Below are positions 57,853 to 64,000 of a stretch of 64,000 nt of DNA, in pieces; within the stretch, counting starts at the first letter, position 1, and every line of letters starts with the position of its first letter. The DNA is taken from the sequence record MN871449.1. One strand, given 5' to 3'. The notes beneath the pieces are model-generated. The model searched no databases. It was given only the letters and a program-made list of their open reading frames with translations, and was not told the origin of the DNA. The position numbers and the translations under genes are program-made.

Positions 57853-60228
57853 CTACCAAGTTAAATCAATATTTCGTATAGTTAATCGCTGAAGATTGAT
57901 GGTGTCTCCCGCAGCGTTGTTACGAAGAATAACGTTCAAAGTAAAATCGGCGGACGTGATAGGGTCAATGTTCCCGATGGCGCGAAAAGGTTTGATTGTC
58001 CCATTATCGTTAAGTACCGCAGTAATAACAGCAAAGCCACCGATAATGCTAATGCTACCTTCTATGTTGAAAATCGACCCGCCAGCGGCCTGCGTCAAAG
58101 AAGGACCGACTAGTACCCGTGTAGGCGACGTGTTATCCAAAAAACCAATTCCAATTGTTTTCGCCCCTAAGTTACCCGCGGTGGAACCCTCTAGTTTGAA
58201 AGTGATTTCATCATTGAGACGAATAGACCCTACGGGGTAGTTAATGACCTTATAGACCGATCCTGGAGTCGAGTCTGTGATTGATACACTGTTTTCAATC
58301 ACGTTGTCGTTTCCGTGGAAAGTGAATCGGGAACTGTTAATCAGTTTCACTCGATTTTTTGTTGCAATCGCCGCTAAAGATGAAATGGTAATAGGGCCCG
58401 TTAAATCAATTAACCCCTCAATAGAATCGTTCGCTACGAAAGCCCCGCCATTTACTGACGAGATGGTTGCCTTAAGTCCTTTAATAGGGTTACTGATTCC
58501 TGCCGAAGTCATCGTCCTTAAAATTGCTACGTCTGGTTTAATACCAATATAATTGATGTTTTTGAACTGGCAGTTCGTTACCAATGAATCCGCAGCAGAA
58601 TGGTACGTATCACAAATTACCGCTGTTTTCGTGACGTAATTTATCGTGATATTTTCAAACAGGTTATTGCTACAAGGAACACGATCACCACCATAACTCT
58701 CGAAGGATAAAATGTTATTACTGTTTGTCACCCCGAAGATCATGCCGTTTCGAATGGAACTATTAGTGAAGGAGGAGAAACGGCAAATTACCGACGGCGC
58801 CGCGGTATTATTGAATACCAGTGTAAAACCATCAATATGACAGTTATCGCCGCTTTCTGCCCATGTTATCATGGCGTTAGCATTAAGGGTCGTATCGGCA
58901 ATCGCAGTGAGGTTGGTAATGCGAGTATCGTGAGAACCAAATGCCAGTTCACTGATTCTTCCGCGAAAAGTGATATTGATATTATCAAAACGCGTACGAC
59001 AAAAAGTATTCCCATAAACCACCGCGCGGGCTTTACCTGAGATGTTACGGAAAACGCAATTAAAAGTTGCGCTGTCGCCAGTCCAATGGTCCCAAGTGTC
59101 TACAACAAAGTCTTGAACGATGGCGTTTTCACAAACAAATAGTGGCTGATTAAAACGAGCATTGTAAGCGGGCTGATTTGCTTGCATAATGGTCAGATCA
59201 GAACCAGTATAATCGACAGGAATATCCAACGTGATATTGCTACCGGATACACCTATTACTTTACAAAGCTTCATGTAAAACGGGATAAGAAAACCACCGT
59301 TAAGAATCCCTCGCACGGATGAGATCCTCACTAAATCGCCTGTTTTGTATTTACTGACGAGAGAGGGGTCAATGCCAACCACGTTACTCCCGTAGGTGGA
59401 GGTAAGATTGTTCTTAGGGACATTACTCACATATTCCGGGTGATAATTGCCCGGTGCGAAAATAGCGCCTTGCATCCAAGTAGTATCAATAGGAGTTAAT
59501 GTTTTTAATGTTGCCCCGTTTCCATTAAGGACAGAATTACTAGGGATATAAATAGGTCCAGAAATGGAATAGGTACTTTTACAAAACGAGACGGGGTATT
59601 TTCCGGCCGCAACTTTTAGTGCTTGTTGGATGGCAGAAAGTGAGTCCGTACCTCCCGGGACTGCACCAAAAAACTCTGGATAAATTACGGGCTCAGAGAG
59701 TACCCTTTCCCAGTAGAATCCGTTTCCCGCGGCGATTGTCCCGCCGTCATCCGTTGCTGATCCGATTCCGGCGATAAATTCCCCGCCGCCTGTTTTTCCA
59801 CCCGCTACCCAACTTTTCAACTTTACGCGTTGTCCTGCGTACAGAGGCGATAGTGTCCGTAACTTAGCGAAGGAATCTACACCGTTAGTAAAATAATCTA
59901 ACCCTCGTAACGTCTGCCCGGAGATGTACCGAACAGCGACGCCATTAATATCTACGAGCGGCGTGTAAGAACCCCCACCTTGGTTGACGTAACCCTGTAC
60001 CGCGGTTTTGGTTACATCCGTGTAAACAAAGTAAGACTCTCCCTTCTCCGTTCCATCTGCACCTTCTGCGATTGAGTTGAAGGCTTTGTCGAACAACAAG
60101 ACTGAACGCAGTGTTGAGATATCTGTGTTATTGGTCTCCGTCTGTTCAGAGACCACAGGGAGTAGAGTGTTTTCAGTCAGCGTAGTAGCAGGGTTCAACT
60201 CGCTAATTTTCTGTATTTCATTAGACAT
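57853..60228 (-). CDS. Tailspike with anchor, GQRVxLKS...GGG module and beta-helix depolymerase domain
   Basis: KISEL anchor, GQRVKLKSW..GGKTGGGEF, then PEFFGAVPGGTDSLSAIQQAL at the beta-helix start. Confidence 0.85.
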   Translation of the reverse strand: MSNEIQKISELNPATTLTENTLLPVVSEQTETNNTDISTLRSVLLFDKAFNSIAEGADGTEKGESYFVYTDVTKTAVQGYVNQGGGSYTPLVDINGVAVRYISGQTLRGLDYFTNGVDSFAKLRTLSPLYAGQRVKLKSWVAGGKTGGGEFIAGIGSATDDGGTIAAGNGFYWERVLSEPVIYPEFFGAVPGGTDSLSAIQQALKVAAGKYPVSFCKSTYSISGPIYIPSNSVLNGNGATLKTLTPIDTTWMQGAIFAPGNYHPEYVSNVPKNNLTSTYGSNVVGIDPSLVSKYKTGDLVRISSVRGILNGGFLIPFYMKLCKVIGVSGSNITLDIPVDYTGSDLTIMQANQPAYNARFNQPLFVCENAIVQDFVVDTWDHWTGDSATFNCVFRNISGKARAVVYGNTFCRTRFDNINITFRGRISELAFGSHDTRITNLTAIADTTLNANAMITWAESGDNCHIDGFTLVFNNTAAPSVICRFSSFTNSSIRNGMIFGVTNSNNILSFESYGGDRVPCSNNLFENITINYVTKTAVICDTYHSAADSLVTNCQFKNINYIGIKPDVAILRTMTSAGISNPIKGLKATISSVNGGAFVANDSIEGLIDLTGPITISSLAAIATKNRVKLINSSRFTFHGNDNVIENSVSITDSTPGSVYKVINYPVGSIRLNDEITFKLEGSTAGNLGAKTIGIGFLDNTSPTRVLVGPSLTQAAGGSIFNIEGSISIIGGFAVITAVLNDNGTIKPFRAIGNIDPITSADFTLNVILRNNAAGDTINLQRLTIRNIDLTW

Positions 60229-60249
60229 GTCTTTAATCCTGAATGGGGA

Positions 60250-60264
60250 TGGTCATACGAAACA
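60250..60264 (-). promoter_or_regulatory. 15-bp element TGTTTCGTATGACCA
   Basis: Exact copy, 22 bp upstream of ATG 60228. Confidence 0.65.
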
Positions 60265-60298
60265 AGGCAATGAGGGGACCTAGGTCCCCTCATTGCCT
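60265..60298. terminator. Perfect 34-bp palindrome / terminator hairpin
   Basis: AGGCAATGAGGGGACCTAGGTCCCCTCATTGCCT is its own reverse complement. Confidence 0.75.
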
Positions 60299-60303
60299 AT
60301 AAC

Positions 60304-60525
60304 TTAAGAGCCTTCAATGTCACTGGCTACGAGTTCCAATTGAGCCGCAATAAACCGTGCATCGGTATCGATGACCACCGAAATATATTGATCCATTCCG
60401 TAGATATCTGCCCAAGCCAAATCTTTCAATTTAGCGTCCAGTGCACTGATGGTCGTTTCTTTCCCAACTAAGTCTTCTCGAGTTTGACAAGAAAGGATGC
60501 GAACGGTGTCGCCTACTTGAAACAT
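60304..60525 (-). CDS. Small SH3/KOW-like beta-barrel hypothetical protein
   Basis: AAGGA SD, MFQVGDTVRI...LVGKETTI...LELV, 73 aa. Confidence 0.6.
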   Translation of the reverse strand: MFQVGDTVRILSCQTREDLVGKETTISALDAKLKDLAWADIYGMDQYISVVIDTDARFIAAQLELVASDIEGS

Positions 60526-60538
60526 AGTGAGTTCCTTC

Positions 60539-62584
60539 TTAAGAAATCCAAACGTGTTCATTGGTGAAATATGCCGTTCCAACAAAACCGTTTAAGTACT
60601 CTTGAACTTTTGCCTTGACTGTACCGTTTGGCGCACGTAACCAGACCCACACGTTATTCCAATCGGTTGTCACCGCAGATACAGATTTGATTGACGATTG
60701 TATTACGTTCCCGGCAGAGTCGTAAAAATCCACTCGAAGTGCGACGTAACCAGCCGTCAACGAGGTAATTTTGATTTCGGCCTCCGCGTGGAAAATATCT
60801 CCGCCGCGCAGTGTCACGTCCTGCCAGTAAGAGACGTTACGTACGCTTCCTTGTGTAATTTTTCGTGAGTGCGGTGAATTAGGGTTAGAATAATTCGTAG
60901 TATCAATCGTATAAGTGAGGTCGGCGTTAGTGTAACTCGGTGTCCATGCGGCAGTTTGATACTGGTTGATCAGAATAACGTTAAGGGCACTACAAGGTCG
61001 CATGGGACGACTGGCGTTATCCATGTTTCCAGAGGTCATTTTGTTCCTCACCCTTAAGGTCCCGATCAACTGGTAGTTATCCCCCTCTACACCTACGATC
61101 TCGGTAGTTCTCCTGACTCCCGTCATGTATTTACTGGTGTCAGTTCCATCAATATCGACGTGGGCACCGCCAGTGTTGGTAATGAAGACGAGGTAAGGGC
61201 GACCCGTACTATTTTCTACCGGAATACCGCTCCATGAGTTCGCGTTCGGTCCGCCTCCCATTGTCCCCCCTTTCATGATCAAATAGGGTTGGTTTTTGGT
61301 TGAGGTGTACGAAAGTCGAATATGAGGGTTGTTGTTATTGTTTTCCAAGTGACAACCGTGGAGCTCGACGTTAGATTGATAAATATCAACTGAGATGTCG
61401 CAATAATCAAAACTGGTTCCAAAGAACCTGACATCGATACTCGAGGCACTCCCTGATAAGTAGAGCCCGGTACCGTCGAAAGTAAAATTACAACAATCTG
61501 CAATCACGCCGCCGTAAATAGTCACGTTCTCATTGGAATCAGTATTCGCATAAAAGGCCATCCCTCGGCGCCAACATTGTCCGATGATCGGACTGTATAA
61601 ACGAATGAGGTAAGCACTCTTCCCGTTAAAACAAACTCCGTCCCTAAACCCAGAGACCTTAAGATTGTAGAAGGAAATATTGTGCGCATCGACACCAAAT
61701 GACACGCCGTCTACGACACTGTTAGTGTCGGGTTGATGAGTATTAATTAAGGTACGCTGAACGCGAATATTATCAAATTTCCCTGGATTAGCCGCAGGTG
61801 ACAAATAGCCGCTGATTGTTAAGGTATAACCCGTCGTAACAGAGGGCAGCGACAAAAGTACTGCATTACGCATATCGATCACTAAATCGGTCGGGAAATT
61901 TACGGTACTGACCGCGTATACTTTCCCTAAACACGTTAGTGCAATGCCATTTTTGGCACAGTAGTTGACCGCTTTTTGAATATTACTAGTATCGTCCAGT
62001 ACGCCGTCCCCGACTGCACCAAAGTCCTCAAAAGACAACTGATCTGTAATAATCCGTTGCCAGTAGAATTCATTCCCGGCAGCAATCGTGCCGTTGTCAT
62101 CCGCATTTACCCCTAAACGCGCAACGAAAATACCCCCACCCGTAACCCCGTCTTTGTAGTAACTCTTCAGCGTGACACGCTGTCCTTGGTACCATGGTTT
62201 AAGCGTCCGTAATGCGTCGAAACTCTCTACTCCTTGTAACATGAATAAAGAGTTGACAATATGCGCATTCGTCGCGTAGCGAACTTGTGTCGTACTGTCT
62301 GACATTAATGCAGAGTAAGTCCCGTTCCCTTGGTTTACATACCCCAAGACATAGTCTCGTGTACTGTTTTCGTAAACAAAGAAAACATTCCCCTCTGTAG
62401 TTACACTGAGCCCGGCAGCAATCGTGCTGTACGCGTTCTCAAAACCTAACGTTTCTCTGAGGGTACCAATACTAACTTTTTCGGATTCGTTTCCATTCGC
62501 TTCTGAGAGCGGAAGAAACGCATTCTCTGACGGATTAGAGCTGGGCGATAGTTCAGAAATTTTCAATGCAGTGATATCGGTCAT
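60539..62584 (-). CDS. Tailspike with anchor, beta-helix depolymerase and C-terminal carbohydrate-binding-like beta-sandwich
   Basis: KISEL anchor, GQRVTLKSYY..GGG, FEDFGAVGDGVLDDT, and C-terminal VDFYDSAGNVI...DW..V...RAPNGTVKAKV. GGAG SD before ATG 62584. Confidence 0.85.
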   Translation of the reverse strand: MTDITALKISELSPSSNPSENAFLPLSEANGNESEKVSIGTLRETLGFENAYSTIAAGLSVTTEGNVFFVYENSTRDYVLGYVNQGNGTYSALMSDSTTQVRYATNAHIVNSLFMLQGVESFDALRTLKPWYQGQRVTLKSYYKDGVTGGGIFVARLGVNADDNGTIAAGNEFYWQRIITDQLSFEDFGAVGDGVLDDTSNIQKAVNYCAKNGIALTCLGKVYAVSTVNFPTDLVIDMRNAVLLSLPSVTTGYTLTISGYLSPAANPGKFDNIRVQRTLINTHQPDTNSVVDGVSFGVDAHNISFYNLKVSGFRDGVCFNGKSAYLIRLYSPIIGQCWRRGMAFYANTDSNENVTIYGGVIADCCNFTFDGTGLYLSGSASSIDVRFFGTSFDYCDISVDIYQSNVELHGCHLENNNNNPHIRLSYTSTKNQPYLIMKGGTMGGGPNANSWSGIPVENSTGRPYLVFITNTGGAHVDIDGTDTSKYMTGVRRTTEIVGVEGDNYQLIGTLRVRNKMTSGNMDNASRPMRPCSALNVILINQYQTAAWTPSYTNADLTYTIDTTNYSNPNSPHSRKITQGSVRNVSYWQDVTLRGGDIFHAEAEIKITSLTAGYVALRVDFYDSAGNVIQSSIKSVSAVTTDWNNVWVWLRAPNGTVKAKVQEYLNGFVGTAYFTNEHVWIS

Positions 62585-62610
62585 TTCACGACTCCGATGT
62601 AAACAAAAAA

Positions 62611-62625
62611 TGGTCATACGAAACA
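62611..62625 (-). promoter_or_regulatory. 15-bp element TGTTTCGTATGACCA
   Basis: Exact copy upstream of ATG 62584. Confidence 0.65.
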
Positions 62626-62744
62626 AAAAAGAGAGGAGCTTTTCCGTATCCTTCTCTAGTTAATGTGCAATAAACCAAAACGTAATCTTTCAAGCTGTTA
62701 ATCGTATGTACGATTGACTATTAGAGAGCTTAAGAGGCAAAATA

Positions 62745-64000
62745 ATGGCTGACATTTATGTTAAACTTTCTGAACTTTCTCGGCCGAGTACGCCAGTGAA
62801 TGACTCAGATGTGGTGTTCATTTCCCAGTTAAACAATACAGAAAATACTTCTTCCGCAATGAGTATTTCTGATTTACGCAATTTACTCAATTTTGAAACA
62901 GCTTTTGATAGTACTGTCGCAGGGTTAAGTAATACATCGGCGAATCAGATTTTCTTTGTTTACACCGATGACACCAAAACGAAAGTTCGTGCCTATGTAA
63001 ACCGGTCAGGTATTGCAGAAGTCATGAATGATGCTGACGGAAGTCCACTTTTATATCGCACGCGTAAAGGGTTAAATATTCTTGCCGGGAAAGATGAGTT
63101 AATCAATCCCGCGCAAGGGACCTCGCTGATAGCGATGGGTACAGGTGAGACAATAGCTGACGGTTTGGGCCATTGGCTCTCGGCGACAGTAGATATATTC
63201 AACATGACTGTTTCGCCTAATAAAATTAGCACTCGTGGATTTTATAAAGAAAAAGATGGCGGTGCTGGTGATTGGAACAAGACAGGCGTTGTCAATCTTT
63301 CATTGGCAGGAAAACACGTTATTACCGAGGGGAAGATCTATAACAAACTCGGGGTAGAATATCTCATTGATATCTCTAAAGGAGAAATTGACCCTTTAGC
63401 GAATGGCGCGATGGCTACTACCTACGACGAAGTGTGGTCAACAAAAGAAAACGTTGTATGTCTCGGCGATGCCATTAACGGGATTTTCAAGCAAATCCCA
63501 ATAGAAGTTTACACCTCCAATACCGCCGCCACTTATACTGGATATAAAAGATTACGAATAACGTTTTCTCCAAATCTTTATCGTATTTGTAAAAACGCGG
63601 TAAAAGTAAGGAACGGTGTGACTTATGACATGCGAGGGTCAACAATCTATGTTGTTCCTACCCCGTCTAATAGTTATCCCGTCACTGGTAAAAAGCTTAA
63701 TGGCTTCCAACATGGTTACGATGAAGTAAAAGAAAAATTCGATGCTATTAATGGGGCGAATTATTGGGGTAGCGTGAGTTGCCAAAATGTCACTTTCTTG
63801 GGCGGCGATATACGCGGTGATTTGAATGTCAGTAAAACTCCGGATCAATGTTCTTCGGGAGTTGGTATTTTAATCATTAACCCAGAATATGTTTTCCATG
63901 ACGGCGTAGCCATTTCGATGTTCACCTGGTGTGCGGTAGCGATGGCAGGTACAACGACGCAGAGCCTTTTCAATGACGGCACTGACTTTGATGACAACGT
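62745..64000 (+). CDS. Tailspike with the shared anchor, 3'-truncated by the window edge (absent from the ORF track)
   Basis: GAGG SD, MADIYVKLSEL...LRNLLNFETAF...FFVYTDDTK...YVN, then ISTRGFYKEKDGGAGDW. The frame stays open to the window end. Confidence 0.85.
   Translation, partial: MADIYVKLSELSRPSTPVNDSDVVFISQLNNTENTSSAMSISDLRNLLNFETAFDSTVAGLSNTSANQIFFVYTDDTKTKVRAYVNRSGIAEVMNDADGSPLLYRTRKGLNILAGKDELINPAQGTSLIAMGTGETIADGLGHWLSATVDIFNMTVSPNKISTRGFYKEKDGGAGDWNKTGVVNLSLAGKHVITEGKIYNKLGVEYLIDISKGEIDPLANGAMATTYDEVWSTKENVVCLGDAINGIFKQIPIEVYTSNTAATYTGYKRLRITFSPNLYRICKNAVKVRNGVTYDMRGSTIYVVPTPSNSYPVTGKKLNGFQHGYDEVKEKFDAINGANYWGSVSCQNVTFLGGDIRGDLNVSKTPDQCSSGVGILIINPEYVFHDGVAISMFTWCAVAMAGTTTQSLFNDGTDFDDN

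Noticed and set aside
1220-60298. Repeated GAGAGG...CCTCTC hairpins as a CRISPR array or MITE/REP family
   Set aside because: The copies are dispersed singly at gene ends, differ in sequence, and have no regular spacers or target-site duplications. They fit intrinsic terminators.
915-63848. Numerous 60-160 aa ORFs overlapping long genes, mostly antisense
   Set aside because: They are shadow frames without SD sequences or recognisable motifs. The only overlapping ORF kept is the o-spanin, which has a lipobox.
55782-64000. Shufflon or invertible tail-fibre switch, suggested by the divergent fourth spike and the repeated 15-mers
   Set aside because: The three 15-mers are direct repeats, not inverted ones. 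No invertase or recombinase gene is in the window, and the anchor DNA is too diverged for simple homologous flipping. It cannot be excluded beyond the window edge.

Overview
This window is a dense piece of a phiKZ-like jumbo myovirus genome, probably Chimalliviridae infecting an enterobacterial host. The assignment is inferred from gene content and order, because chimallin itself is not in the window. The conserved core includes virion structural genes, RuvC, thymidylate kinase, a spanin, tail fibres, the central spike, SbcC/Rad50, RNase H and UvsX. It also holds the split virion RNA polymerase subunits (betaC, beta'N, betaN and probably beta'C), a 2197-aa tape-measure/lytic transglycosylase and the prohead protease. 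An accessory region (about 49.4-64 kb) ends in a receptor-binding-protein array. The items most worth following up are: (1) four tailspike/fibre genes sharing an N-terminal anchor, three preceded by an identical 15-bp element, plus an anchorless beta-helix enzyme and a candidate docking protein; (2) an ADP-ribosyltransferase-like gene inside the vRNAP/protease operon with a protease-like C-terminal S-x-E tail; (3) a recurring hairpin-then-TATG intergenic module, also seen in antisense orientation; (4) a TATATCAC early-promoter candidate; (5) an o-spanin embedded in the i-spanin; (6) a catalytically eroded HNH homing-endonuclease derivative. No tRNA, rRNA, CRISPR array, integrase or transposase was seen. 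All protein calls come from motif recognition by eye, without database searches.
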